Assembly: GCA_010093605.1 (NCBI GenBank)
Contig: MU004190.1
Coordinates: 62,001 to 126,000, forward strand
Direction of reading: 5' to 3'
Source: Lophium mytilinum
Taxonomy: Eukaryota
DNA: 64,000 nt
Positions 37,462-49,940 of this stretch are shown here, in pieces (the stretch's first letter is position 1; each line of letters starts with the position of its first letter). Under the pieces are notes generated by a model. The model searched no databases and was not told the origin of the DNA. It saw only the letters and a program-made list of their open reading frames with translations. The position numbers and the translations under genes were made by a program.

Positions 37462-38539
37462 GGTTAATATCGATTTCAAGCTTAATGTTGAACGAAGGTT
37501 CGAAAAGGGTCTTGAATAAATATGTATATGGGCGACCACACGCTGACACAAGTGTTACCCGAAACGGTGTAAAGCGGGGAAACTTGCAGGAAGATTGTGT
37601 GTTGTAGCGAACAACGAGTCGGGGTAACGAACTCCTCACGAGGTCGACGAATACAGTCATACTTCTCACACAAGAGAATGGAATTCCGAACCTTCAAGAC
37701 AGAACGTCCTGTTAGTTTATTTTGAGGCGCACCTAAGACTTCTTAAATGACATATCTCTAATTTCCGGTGTCGACGGTGTTGCATTGCGGCATTTCAATT
37801 GCCGACCCTCTAGAGTGAGGGGCCGGTATTAGTTTGTTTAGATTGAAGATGGATTCGTCTGCTCAGCCGTCTGGCGTGTCTCAAGTCAAACTTCTAATGA
37901 CGCAGTAATAATGCTGTCACCTGTGACATTGGACAAGGCCTTACTAACCTCCTAGAACAGACGAGTACACTTTACGTTGACTTGGTAGCTGCAATTGTTT
38001 CTCGCTACTCTGTTATCGTTTTGTATCCAGGTACCCCGTTGTGTCGCCCGAGCTGCTTGGTAGATCGTAGACAAGAATTGAGGATTGAAGGATGATTCCG
38101 GCACTTGGGAGTCTCATAGTTTCAGGTGCCCGACCTGGATTTCCATGCCCGCCTGGCAGCTAAAACTGCCAACTGGCAGCACCAGAAAAGAACGCCCGCA
38201 CTTTCAGGGACATCATACACCACCATAAAGGCAAAGAACTCTACTGTGGATGCAATCTCGTTAAGAAAAGATCTTAACGGATCGAATTCCGTACTTTCCG
38301 ATAGCGTTCATTAATGTGGCGAACGTCCGCATTGGATGAGGCCAACGACCAGATCTATCGTGCATGCTGCTAGAGCCAAAAGCCGTTAGCATCGTGAAAA
38401 TTACTCAAAGCAGTATAGTGGTCTTGCAACTCATGCCTTCATCTTCGATTTTACTCCTCTAACTCCATCCAACCCATCTAATCCTTTCTTCTCTCCAATC
38501 GTCATTTCCTCCTATTCAATCTAATAGCCATCTATCATC

Positions 38540-40202
38540 ATGCGAGCAAGCGCAGTCCGAAGCAAAGGCTGCGCAGAGTGTCGGCAGCGCCGTATAAAGG
38601 TTCGCTGCTCGTTCCTACGTCGACCAACTATTCTAAGCTACGTTTAGTGCGATGAGACCCCAGGGAGGTGTAAGCAATGTGCCCGGCTGAGGCTGCTTTG
38701 CTCAGGGGCCACTCAAGGCTCCATGATTATCGATATGACCGAAAGAGTGAAGAAGCCAAGAAAGCGCAAGCAAAGGGTCTTGCAGCAGCCAGTTGAAACG
38801 CCCCAGACAAAGATTGGTAGCGCGCAAGACTCGTTTCAATACGACGGAAGCAGCCAGCCTGCAGCACTACATAGTCTAGCTATCAGACCGAATCCCATTG
38901 AGGCTAGTGCGGTATTTGTTAGGCCAACCTCAGACGAGACCAGTCGTGTGCTCGATGTAAACCCTACCATCTCGGGTTGTCGCCAGCACTTTAGACTAGC
39001 CATCCCGTATCAGCCCTCGCTAGTCGACATATACGACCAAGCATTCATCTACCAATTCGTAGAGCTCCACAAAGGGTGGCGAACACCCAAGGTGTACGGC
39101 GGAGAGACTCCTTGGATTACCCTTCTGCCAGAGCTGCCTTCCTCGTCTGCTATACCTGTCGTAAAATACTCAATCAGAGCAGCGTCTATGGCATTCTATG
39201 GTCAGGTCCACCAAGATGTATCCGTCATGACTGATTCCTACAGATGGTATAGCACAGGATTGGCTCTGCAACGATCATGTATATCTGATCTCGAGGAGGA
39301 CCGCATCCCCAGAATTGAGGAGGTGATAGTTCCGATCATAATGTCGCTATACGAAGTGGTCGCGAGCACAACTCAGACGAGTGTCTTCCACCATCTGGAC
39401 GCCGCATCGAAGGTCCTTGAGATGAGAGGGCCTACGAACTGCAGCACCGGGCTTCCGCACCAGCTGTTCAAAGCCGTCAGAGTCACAAACGTAAGCTACA
39501 AGTTCTCGCCGATAGCCCATTGCTCTGCGCGACTTACATTCTCTAACTCACATTCCCTAAAACTACTAGGCTAATGTCTCTTTGATGACCAATACCCCAT
39601 CCTTCTTCTCCAATCGCCCCTGGCTCACGGTTCCCTTTTCTGCCAACCCCAAAAGGCCCCTCCACCTCCTCACCGACCTCATCCTATCCATCCCTCACTG
39701 CCTCTCTCTCTCCGGTCGCCGCTGTTCCCTCGTCCGCTTCTTCGACTCGCCCCCCGCAGACCAAACCATCCGAACGGCAATCTCCCTCCGCGCTACCGAC
39801 CTGCTCAATGACCTCGTCGCCTGGCGGAGCGACTATGAAGAACCCACATTCCGAGACGCATATACCGCACTCACCACCTGCAATTACTACGCCGCCAGCC
39901 TAGTCGTGCGGCTTATCCTTTCCGTAACATCCTCTACTACCGAAGAACCGACTACCGATACGGACTCGAAGTCGCATTCTGGCTCCGCGGTCCTCCACGC
40001 AAAGTCAATTCTACAAATTTCACGATTTCTGGAGTATCTTCGGCCGGTCGGCTTTGATTTCATGCAGAGTGTTTTCGCGCTTGCAGTGGTGTCGCTTCTA
40101 AGCCCTAACGAGGAGCAGAAGGGGGAGGCGGCGAAGATGTTGGAGCGGTGGGGGCAGGAGAGAGGGTTGAGTGGGATTTGTCGTGCCTGGAATATCGTGT
40201 GA
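38540..40202 (+). CDS. Zn(II)2Cys6 transcription factor (2 introns)
   Basis: Spliced GCAECRQRRIK|CDETPGRCKQCARLRLLC; downstream SLYE..HHLDAASKVLEMRGP. Confidence 0.88.
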
Positions 40203-40286
40203 TTAAAAGCTTTCTTTTTTTGCTGGCTGGTCCCACGTTTGCGCCCTTCCGAGGACCTCTCCGAGTGACGCATTTTGGCTGCCTTC

Positions 40287-41822
40287 TTAATCTTCGACGG
40301 GTGTAGCAGTATGTGCAGTGCTGGTAGTCTCAGACTCTGTCGTGGCTACGGATCCGCCTGGTTTAAACTGAGACGTGTTCAATGGTGGTGGCGACGCTCG
40401 TTGCTTCAAGAGATCCTCTAGCTCCTTTATCCGACCATCTCTCCTCTCGAGTAGCGTGGCGAGTTCCACATGCCCGTGCGCATTGTTCATCGCCATCTGG
40501 CCCAAAGCCTGTGATAGCTCAGCGACCTCGAGAGCCTGCTCTTGGGACCTTCCAGCTTCCTCTTGTGCTTGCGACAACTGTATTCTCGTCTCCTGGAGCT
40601 TCGTGTTGACGACATGCCATTCATCAATGATCTCCTGCGCCTCCGCTTGGGATACAACTAGCTTCTCTCGCGTCTGTTCCAATGAGTGCTGTGCTTCGAG
40701 AGATGATTTATGCAGTTGGCGGCCTTGTTCTTCGAGCTCTTCCTTCTCTTTTTCTGCTTTGTCAAAGGCGCTTTTTGTTTCTTGGATCTCTTTTGCCGAG
40801 ACCTCAAGCTTGCGCTTAGCGTGCTGTGACTTGCGTAGAGCATCGTCGAGATCTTGTTGCAGATGTTTACGCTCCAGTTCCAGTCTCTCGTTTGCGTTGC
40901 TGACGGCATCTAATTTATCACTTAATATTTTCGCCTCCCATTCCGCTTTTGCGCGATATTCTTCGCCTTTGAGCTGTGCCTGACCGAGTTGATTTCGCCA
41001 AGTATGTTCAGCTTTTGCGGCTGTGAACTTGTGCTCGTCGATACGTTGCTGTAGAAGCTCTCTCTCGCGCGCTAACTCCTCGTATTTACTGGTAACGAAG
41101 CTCAATTCGCCCTCGAGTCGCTTCACCGCTTTCTCGGCTTTTCTAATCTTTTCGAGCTGCTCCTTTACTCTTTCCAGAGCATGTTGTTCGAACGCGTCGA
41201 ACAGAGCCAGGACCATATCCCTTGGGTTCTCACAATTGCGTATTACATCAGGAAGAGAGTGTAGTCCCCGATCATGCAAGTATGATACTTTCTCTCGAAC
41301 CAAACTCTGCACGCTTTCAAGATCGTGCTTCAGACGTTCGGCGCGCTTTTCTGATTGATTGTACGACATTTCCCAATTCTGCTCGGGGTGTGTTTCCTTT
41401 GACTGTACCCAGCGAGAAGGCGAGGTGGCGGACAACTTGTCTGCAGACCTAGGCATAGCAGAATCCTGTAGAGACCTAGGCGAATTCCCTAGATCCTCAG
41501 TAGTCGCGTTGCGCTCCGATTCACGCTGTTTGTACTTGCTCCTTCTCTCTTGCCTTGGTTTCAGCACCACGTGCCCGTTCCGGTATTCTTGCGTCGGTTT
41601 CGATACTGAGTGACCATTTCGGTATTCGCAATCGAATGCTGCGTCTCCCACGTCGGTGCCCCAACCAGTGCCCTCGGCGGTGCCCCTGCCATTCCCATCC
41701 TCCCCTCCAACCACTTTTTCGCTCTTCAGCCCGAGCCCCCGCAACATCGACGGATTTGGTGCTCCTGTTCTTTTGATGGGAACCACTCCAAACGGACTCG
41801 ACCTGATCGTCCTCGCTGGCAC
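40287..41822 (-). CDS. Hypothetical coiled-coil protein (start uncertain)
   Basis: 511-codon ORF with a long E/K/Q/L heptad-rich region; short EYRNGH duplication. Confidence 0.7.
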   Translation of the reverse strand: MPARTIRSSPFGVVPIKRTGAPNPSMLRGLGLKSEKVVGGEDGNGRGTAEGTGWGTDVGDAAFDCEYRNGHSVSKPTQEYRNGHVVLKPRQERRSKYKQRESERNATTEDLGNSPRSLQDSAMPRSADKLSATSPSRWVQSKETHPEQNWEMSYNQSEKRAERLKHDLESVQSLVREKVSYLHDRGLHSLPDVIRNCENPRDMVLALFDAFEQHALERVKEQLEKIRKAEKAVKRLEGELSFVTSKYEELARERELLQQRIDEHKFTAAKAEHTWRNQLGQAQLKGEEYRAKAEWEAKILSDKLDAVSNANERLELERKHLQQDLDDALRKSQHAKRKLEVSAKEIQETKSAFDKAEKEKEELEEQGRQLHKSSLEAQHSLEQTREKLVVSQAEAQEIIDEWHVVNTKLQETRIQLSQAQEEAGRSQEQALEVAELSQALGQMAMNNAHGHVELATLLERRDGRIKELEDLLKQRASPPPLNTSQFKPGGSVATTESETTSTAHTATPVED

Positions 41823-42306
41823 TGGTAGGCGCCACTAGTTGTTCCTGAGTCGGAGTGTTATCGCGAGCTTCACAGTGTCGCAAGGCTGAAAAGCGCAGTT
41901 CCCTTTTCTTCCACGGGCTTCGCACAGCCTTGCGAGTCTAAGCTTCAGCAATGCCTCTGAATACGCATATTACCCTGAAAATAAAAGCAGAACGGTCGCA
42001 GACACTAAATTGCGACTCCGAGAGTGTCTAGGAGCCTGGAGGTGGAGGTATCACGCCCGTCTGAAGCCTGCACTGGGCTGAGCCGTATTGGCGTCTGGGC
42101 GTGGCGTCGTACACGTGGAAATCAAACGGCAGTGAGCAGACACGCTCTCAAGACTCGGACCATTACAACATTAACTTCACTCCTTTAAGATTTTGGTTTC
42201 AGGGGACGAGCAAAGGTATGGCCAGCCCATCTATTGAATTTAGCGTGCTGACTAATCAACACATGACCGTACTGCCTTCCTCCCCCCTTCCCCTTTCACC
42301 CATCAA

Positions 42307-43467
42307 CTAAGCATACTTCCTATCCTTAAACCCCCCAATCAACTTCACCGTCCCATCCCCGGCCTCCGCCCACCTCTTCGCCGCAATCTCCGGATTCAAC
42401 TGCAGCGTCTGCTTACTCTTCACCCAATCCTCCATCTTCACCGGCTCGTCAAACCTTGACTTCACCCCCGCAGCCTGCAGCACCGGCGAGTCCACAATCG
42501 GCTCTAGGACCGTATCGTTGTGCGGGCGCGCAAAATACAGCAGCCCCGTGCGGTCGTACTGCCACTGGTCCTCAGGCGGCGCGACAACGCGGTGCACGCT
42601 GCTCTTCAGCCAGCCGCCCGTGATGTGCGAGATGGTGTCGGCAAGGTTGACGGTGATAGTGCCCGGCTGCGCGGACACATACGTCCACTTGCCGTCCTCG
42701 CCCAAGATCTGGAGGCCGGCGACGGGCTGGCGGAACAGCAGCGTGACGGTGCCGAGGTCCGTGTGGCCGGTGGAGTGGCCGAAGCCGCTGGCGGCGTGCT
42801 CCGCGGCCGTGCGCTTGTGGTAGAGCATGTAGCGGAAGTGGTCCTCGCTCTTCTTGTCGTAGGTGTGCTGGCGCACGAGGTAGTCCTCGTCGGGGAGTTG
42901 GAGCACGATGGCGAAGAGGCGGAGCAGGGGCAGCACGACGTTGGAGTGGAGGGCTTTGGAGAACGTCTCGATCTCCGCGAGGTGGGCGTTTAGGAGGGCG
43001 GGCCGCGTGTATTTGCCTTCGAAGTCTTGGGTGAACTTGGGGATGTTGAACATCTCGATGGCGTCGCGGGTGGCGCCGTTCTGGGCGCGGCCTGCGCGGC
43101 GCCAGCCGTTGTAGTCGGCGTTGGCGTAGTCGACTTCGTGTTTGGCCTTTTCTTCGATGGGCAGGTTGAAGAAGTTTTTGGCAAGGGTGAACTGGTTGTC
43201 GACTTGGTGTTGAGACAGGCCGTAGTTCTTCACGTAAAAGAAACCGACATGGTGTACGGCGTGCTCGAGCTGCTTGGCCAGTCGTTCTTTGCCTCCGGGA
43301 CGATCAAAGTCTTCGAGGTCTAGCGTGACTAGTTCTGCCCATGGGAGTTCTTCTTTCGTCTCGGGGGGATGGACGTATTTGGGGAGGTTCTCATAGTCGT
43401 ATTGATGCGGGTCCGCAGGCTGTTGTGAGACCGCTGGTCGTGCCGTTTGAGTGATTGTTGCAGACAT
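42307..43467 (-). CDS. 2OG-Fe(II) oxygenase (IPNS/DIOX family), intronless
   Basis: GFFYVKNYG, GHTDLGTVTLLF, GLQI, SSVHRV. Confidence 0.93.
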   Translation of the reverse strand: MSATITQTARPAVSQQPADPHQYDYENLPKYVHPPETKEELPWAELVTLDLEDFDRPGGKERLAKQLEHAVHHVGFFYVKNYGLSQHQVDNQFTLAKNFFNLPIEEKAKHEVDYANADYNGWRRAGRAQNGATRDAIEMFNIPKFTQDFEGKYTRPALLNAHLAEIETFSKALHSNVVLPLLRLFAIVLQLPDEDYLVRQHTYDKKSEDHFRYMLYHKRTAAEHAASGFGHSTGHTDLGTVTLLFRQPVAGLQILGEDGKWTYVSAQPGTITVNLADTISHITGGWLKSSVHRVVAPPEDQWQYDRTGLLYFARPHNDTVLEPIVDSPVLQAAGVKSRFDEPVKMEDWVKSKQTLQLNPEIAAKRWAEAGDGTVKLIGGFKDRKYA

Positions 43468-44127
43468 GGTTATTCTGTGGTACTCAGATGACCGAGATAT
43501 GATATAAATCGCTTTTGGTTGACTTCTTCTTATATAGTACTGGCACTCACATGACCTCTTGGGATGGTTCCATTATCAGTATCTCAACCTCGATTCGTCA
43601 TTCCATCCCCGCATGTTATCATCGACTTCCCCTCATTTGCTTACCAAAATGTCCGAACACCAACGTTTCGAATTGCCGCATTATCCGTTATCATTAGAGA
43701 CTAACACAAGTTCCATCGTAAATCGACTGGTATTGAATGTAATTGGGAAGGGCTTCACTGAGGCGTACCATTCGACCAATAGGCTTCCGCTCCACAAAAT
43801 CGCCTAGACTGTGCATCGATTGCAACATCGACCTATCCAAAGACCGTTAATAGAAAGCACTCTGGCTTACAAATGTTACCCTTACAATACACTCGGGTAT
43901 GAGATAGGTGCCTAGTGTCTCCAATCACGGGGGCTCATTTACAAGCCACCAGCAGAAGAAAATACTGGCAACGCCTGATGCCGCGAACCACCTATTTGAC
44001 AGCTCTTGAACACTAGACCTTTTGGAGCAGCCTCTGCGATTGGTCCCCACCTAGTCGATGTCTACATGTGTCTCCTAAACGCTAACATCATTATGTTTAC
44101 AGCTCATCGGGGGTAGATTCAACTCCA

Positions 44128-45925
44128 TTACTCCTTCTGCTTCTTCACCAGGACCCTTAAGCCATTCCCTTCACTCCCATCTGGCCTCCTCGTCATTCCT
44201 GCACAGTAGTCATGCACAGCCTCCATGTCCCTCTCTTCAGTTTGGTACAGCTCTAAGCGGGTTCCGAACTGCCTCACCACGGTAGCCATGACACTATACA
44301 GCTCAGCATACGCAAGATTGATACCAACGCACCCACGTGCACCCTTGCCGAAAGTCAGCAAGTAATGCTCTAGGCGAAGAGCAGTAGCACCGATGCTACC
44401 ATCAGGCTCTAGCCAGCGTTCTGGGATGAAGGAGAGCGCATCTGGGAAGATTGATTCGTCGTGGGACACGAAAAGCGCAGACATTCCTATAGCAGATCCG
44501 GCGGGGATGGTGTATTGCTTGTACCGCATGGCTTCGTAGCGGTTGACGCGAGAGAGACGCGAGTACGCTCCCACGGAAACCCTGACCATAATTTAGCAAG
44601 GGATTTAGTTAAATGGGCATCACGCGAGCGACTCACCGGAGACTCTCCTTCACGACTGCGAAGAGGTATGGGAGTCTCTCGAGAACCAAGTAGCCGGGTA
44701 TTTTGGATGGATCCGGAATTGCCCGCTCGAGTTCGGCGAGAAGTGTCTGGTGAACTTTCGGATGAGAGAGTACAAGGTAAGTCATCAAGGTTAGTGTACC
44801 GCCAGTAGTCTCGAATCCCGCAGCAATCAAACTATTAGCTTCAACTGCGAGGCGCTTCAGCGTCTTCTCTTGGGGCGGCAGTGCGTCACTCTTTGAAAGT
44901 TCCCATATCACGGTCGGTTGTGGCTGCGCTTCAATAGTCTTCGGGTCTGAATTAAGCAAAACCTCGGTCTGGTGGTCAATCTCGGCGAACATGTCAACGA
45001 CCTCCAGTGCCCTCGGATCCGTCAACTTGGTCATCCAGCGTGGCATAGACATGATAACATCGATCATCCAGGGGAATTGACGAGTGGTTGGAGAAAGCTC
45101 CCACAGGCTGCGCCAGGCGGAGTAGAAGTACTTGCCCCAATCCGCACGATCGAGCAGGCCCAATTGATGTGCAAAGACGTACTCGGAGATAATATCCACC
45201 GTCATGCAGCGGTATGCATAGAAGAGTGGGATTGGCTCAGCTTTCTCTGCGCACAGCTCCATTCGCTCTATCAATCGATCTACGACGGATTGCACTTGCG
45301 GGTAGAACTCGGCGACGGCTTTGGTTGAGAAGAAGGGGCCTAGTGCCGATCGCCTGACTCTATGCACGTCTGCGGCGATGGTACCAAAGGTTGCAAGAGG
45401 GTTGCCCATCATACTATAGAAGTAGTCGTATTTGTCTAATCGGTTTGTCATGTTGTAGAGTTGATTATAGTACTCCGAGTCCAGAATATGCACTTCGTTG
45501 GGTCCGACACGAACGATTGGACCTGCAGGTTGTTAGAATATGCACGAAACCAAAAGGAACCGGGTCAAGTGCTGAGACATCGACAGGCTTCTGCCGAACA
45601 GTGTCGCTGACCGGTGTCGGTTGCATGAGTGACAGGGTGTCCTGCCAGTCATGTTTACCGTCTGTCTGGGACCACGCGGGCGGAACGGGTTCCTACTGAA
45701 TTAACGGACGGAACGCTACTTACCGTATTTCTTGTGCATGCGCCCAATTTCAAAGACGTACTGGCCCTTCTTGACGACATCATAGTAAGCCTCGTACCAG
45801 TGTGTCAGAGCCGCCAGCTTGGGTCCTGGGATGTGTGCCAGCGGATGCAGGTAGAGGCGGTAAAAAGCAGCTGCGACAGACGCCACCACCAGTGCGACCA
45901 CAGCTGATGTCCAGTATTCCGGCAT
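44128..45925 (-). CDS. Cytochrome P450 (2 introns)
   Basis: [38 protein letters not shown]. Confidence 0.93.
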
Positions 45926-46909
45926 GGCGTTCGCAAGAGAACAGATGTCGGGAGACGAGGTACGACGCGGAACAGTGACGCTAGGAAAAAGCAAACGAGA
46001 ACAATGAAAAATGTCCACCACTGTTGATGCACCGTTGGGGCGCGGTTCACATTTGTAGAAATGGCAGCGACGGCTCGCAATCGCGCCTGCGAGTTTGCGG
46101 CACGGCTCGTGCCATGCTTGCGGGCGGAGAGGGGAGCTTCATCCCCGCTGCATGAAGCTCGGCTGTGATGCTGCTTTGAGGAGAGGTGGAGAGGACTGAG
46201 CGGGTTGAGGTGCAGCTGAAAGTGGTAGAGATCGCTACCTGGTTTGATATGCCTCTACCGCGACACTTATTCGCCTAATGCGACGATAACGCCCTATGCC
46301 TATATATATCTTCGTGTACTCTTCGTTTCATTTTGTTCCATGACACCCAGTGCATTCCACCGTCAACTTCCACAGCTACCTGCCTTTCCAGTAGACCAAG
46401 GCGACTTTTGGTCCATGTAAGACGCACTAAATAACAGAAACAAAAAGGAAACGACCTGGAATCATATGCTGGCACTTCCCAAGGAAGTAGGTAGGTAAAG
46501 TAAAAGGTGCAAAGACGCAAAACAGAGAGATTGAAGCCAAGAAAGTGGCTCGCACGTTATCAGTGAAGATCTCGATGCATTACTCGGCGGCACATCCGCA
46601 CACATGGTATCACTACGCCTTCCTGCGGGCATCGGAAACCATCACGGTCACTAGACCATGTTCGGGGAAGACAAAGGCGGCCAAGCATCCTGCTCGGCTG
46701 ATCGTGGCACGCACAAAACATGCAGCATCCCTCTGTACGGCGCAATGCATCGTCCTCTTTCCCAGCACACTGGAACCGGCGGGGAAGACACCGTGCCGCG
46801 CGGTTATCGCCCTCAGTATTAAACAGCAGGCTCCCCTTGACCGCGGCGTAGTCAGCTTGTTCCTTCGACCTTCACACCAGCTTTCCCCCACTTGTCGCAA
46901 GTCCCCCAG

Positions 46910-48447
46910 ATGGCGGCAGTAAGCGACAACCCAGCCGTGCCGAGCGGGCCGCAACCAGTTCAAATCGAAGCCGAAGAGGTGGGGATCAAACCACGTGGAC
47001 GCTAGTATTTGCGCAGATGCTCATGAAATCCAGGGCGAGCTAGAAACGGATTCGGCCTTCGGCGATGATGCGTGAGTAATGCGGACTCTTGCGTGTTCAG
47101 AGTAGGCTATCTGACCAGCACTTTCGCATAGCGAGAGTTATACAACGTCACTGAAGTCCAGTATCACGAACTATAAATATGAGAATGGCCGAAGATACCA
47201 CGCTTTCAAAGATGGGTCATATTTTCTACCTAACGATGAAGTGGGCCTTAAAAAAATACCTGCCCCACATTGAGAAGGCAATGCCTGATTCTTCTAGTCC
47301 GAAGCCGATCGATTGGATCTTTTCCACCACATCATGTCCCTTCGATGTGACGGAGAACTCCATTGGGCCCCTATAGGGGACAACCCGGGCCGAATCTTAG
47401 ACATCGGGACAGGAACTGGTATATGGGCCATTGATATGGGTACTCAGAGCCCTTCCACGCTTTACACCGCGCAACATTAGCTAAACCGCCTACCAGGGGA
47501 CAAATACCCATCCGCAGAAATACTAGGAAACGACCTTAGCGCCATTCAACCTACACTGTACAATCATGCACTCGCCGGCAGCAAAAAGTCAACGCGTGCT
47601 AAGACTTCTACAGAGTTCCCCCAAACGTCAAATTCGAAGTCGACGACGCCGAAAACGAATGGGTCTACAGCTCCACATTCGACTACATCCACTGCCGCTA
47701 CATGGCTGGCTCGCTGAAAGACTGGCCAAGACTGATGCAACAAGCTTTCAAGTACGCTCTCCCTAAGCCAAGATCACTTACTTGGCATAACACCACTACC
47801 TCCATCAATTGACTCAGACCTACGACAGGTACACCAAACCCGGCGGCTGGGTCGAGTTCCAGGACTTCGACATGACATTCTACTCCACAGGTGGCGAATT
47901 CAAAGAGGGCAGCCCTCTCGATCAGTGGGCAGCCGGCGTCAAAGAAGGAATCGCAAAGTTCGGACTCGTAGCGGAGCCGGGGCCGAAACTAGAGGGGTGG
48001 GTCAAGGACGCGGGCTTCACGAACGTGCATCACAGCGTGTTGCCGATTCCGGTTGGCCAGTGGCCGAAGGATAAGAAACTGGTACGGACATTCCACCATA
48101 TGCACTTCAGCAATTATCCCGAGGATCGAGGGGACAACCAGGGGAAGTCACAGTACTGATAAAAGTGCAGAAAGAAATCGGCGCATTCGACTTAATCCAG
48201 TTCCTCGACGGCTGCGAGGCAATCTCGCTGCGGATTTTCACAAACGTACAGGGATGGAGTCCGGAGCATATTCAGGTGTTCCTCTCTGATGTGCGGAAGG
48301 ATCTGAAGAATACACGGTTGCAGGCGCAACATAATTTGTAAGTTGATTCCGTCTCTGTGGTCTAGCTGATAAGGAGCGAGAAGCTGACTATGATGTTCTA
48401 CTATTAGCCACGTCGTGTATGCCCAGAAACCTCTAACCGTCGAATGA
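46910..48447 (+). CDS. LaeA-like SAM-dependent methyltransferase (about 10 short exons)
   Basis: Spliced YENGRRYH, PNDE..DRLD, ILDIGTGTGIWA, PPNVKFEVDD, FDYIHCR, KPGGWVE, VYAQKP. Confidence 0.9.
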
Positions 48448-48752
48448 AAGGGAGACTACTTGGATATAGTTATACTGCCGGGTGGTATAATAATGATGCC
48501 CGGTACGCAAAAGCGAGTGCCAGAAATGCAATTACACGATTAATGAGACTTGGAAACCGGTATATCACACTTTTCGGCGTCAACGTGCAGATAAGCCAGA
48601 TACAACCAGCCCAACTCTCCCTCCGCGTGTAAACTCCATAACAAAGCAACCTCTACACCGTTCATCCTCCGCCGACACAGTGCTACACACTTCAAGCCCC
48701 CGTCCGCATCTTCCCACCCCTCCCCCCTTCCCCTATCCACCTATCCACCCCC

Positions 48753-49100
48753 TCAATCAAACAACCCAAATATCCCGCCCCCATCCTCAGAATCATCATC
48801 CCGACTCCCCTCAACAGCAACATCCTCCTCCACCCCCTCCCCCTCCTCCTCTCCCTCATCCTTCCCCCCGTCTCCCCCGCCCCCCTCTCCACCACCAGCC
48901 GGCACCCTCAACATCAACTCCTTCACATCCCTCCCCTCCAACGCCTTCGCAAACAAGCTCCCCCAAATCGGCTCGACATCCTGCACCCCCGCCGCCCTTA
49001 TCAGCGTCATCATTTTCTCCGCCGTGATCGCGACCTCGGCGTCCGCGAGGATGAGCGCCGCGTAGGCGGTTGCGGTTTCGGGGTTGGTGGTAGTACACAT
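48753..49100 (-). CDS. RPP1: 60S acidic ribosomal protein P1-like, divergent and intronless
   Basis: [27 protein letters not shown], acidic tail ending FGLFD. Confidence 0.85.
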   Translation of the reverse strand: MCTTTNPETATAYAALILADAEVAITAEKMMTLIRAAGVQDVEPIWGSLFAKALEGRDVKELMLRVPAGGGEGGGGDGGKDEGEEEGEGVEEDVAVEGSRDDDSEDGGGIFGLFD

Positions 49101-49940
49101 TTTGCCCAAAAACGAAGAGGTTGAATTGTAGATTGTTGAGGAGGTGGTGGGGGTCTCAAGGAACGTAAAAGTGCATGGTTTGGGTTGTCGAAGGGGAGGA
49201 GTAGAAGGAGGGTATTTATACGGTTTGGTAGTAAGAAAGGGAACATAGGGTAGGGTGGAGTAGCGGTAAGGCGCCCGTTGTGACAAGCGGTCTGGCACGC
49301 CTGGGAAGGGGGAGGGAGGCGAGGCACGTGACGGTGACTCTGAGATGGGATGACTGGATGTGGGACGGGGAGGGCGGTGAGTCACGGTGTTGGCGCACTG
49401 CGGATTTCGTGGAAGGGGGAGCTGAGTTTGAGACACGGGATTCAGGAAGATTGGGAGTGTGGTGAAAGTTGACTCATGCGGATGCTATATGCGGTGGACC
49501 TGCGTAAGGAAGGGTCTGGGGGACGACATGGAATCTGGATGACTGTGAAGGGGATGCGACAAGGAGACGGAAGTACCAGAGTCAGGCAGATACCTGCAGA
49601 CTCTTGTTATCGTGTGTCTTTATTTGTGGAACCTTTGACTTGAGCGAAACTTGCAGGCTTGAGTCTCAGCGTAGTTTTTTTACGAAATTCTTCCTCTTAA
49701 GACTTACATGAGTTTATATGAAAGGATTCTGAACTCTGTAGCATTATACAGATAATTTCTTAGTCGTGCTCGTCTTTAGGTAGCGTAGTCTCCCATATTA
49801 GCCACCTGATCAAACAACACTTTCCCAATCTGCTCTATTCACCATGACGCAAAGTGTATTTTACGCCAAATGTCTCATTCGACGCGAGGCCCAACCTGGG
49901 TTCTAGGACAAAGCCACTTTACCCAGCCCTCTATCATCCT

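Noticed and set aside
48753..49436. 227-aa N-terminally extended P1 ORF
   Set aside because: Extension is low-complexity promoter/UTR sequence from a non-ATG start; ATG at 49100 fits P1 length
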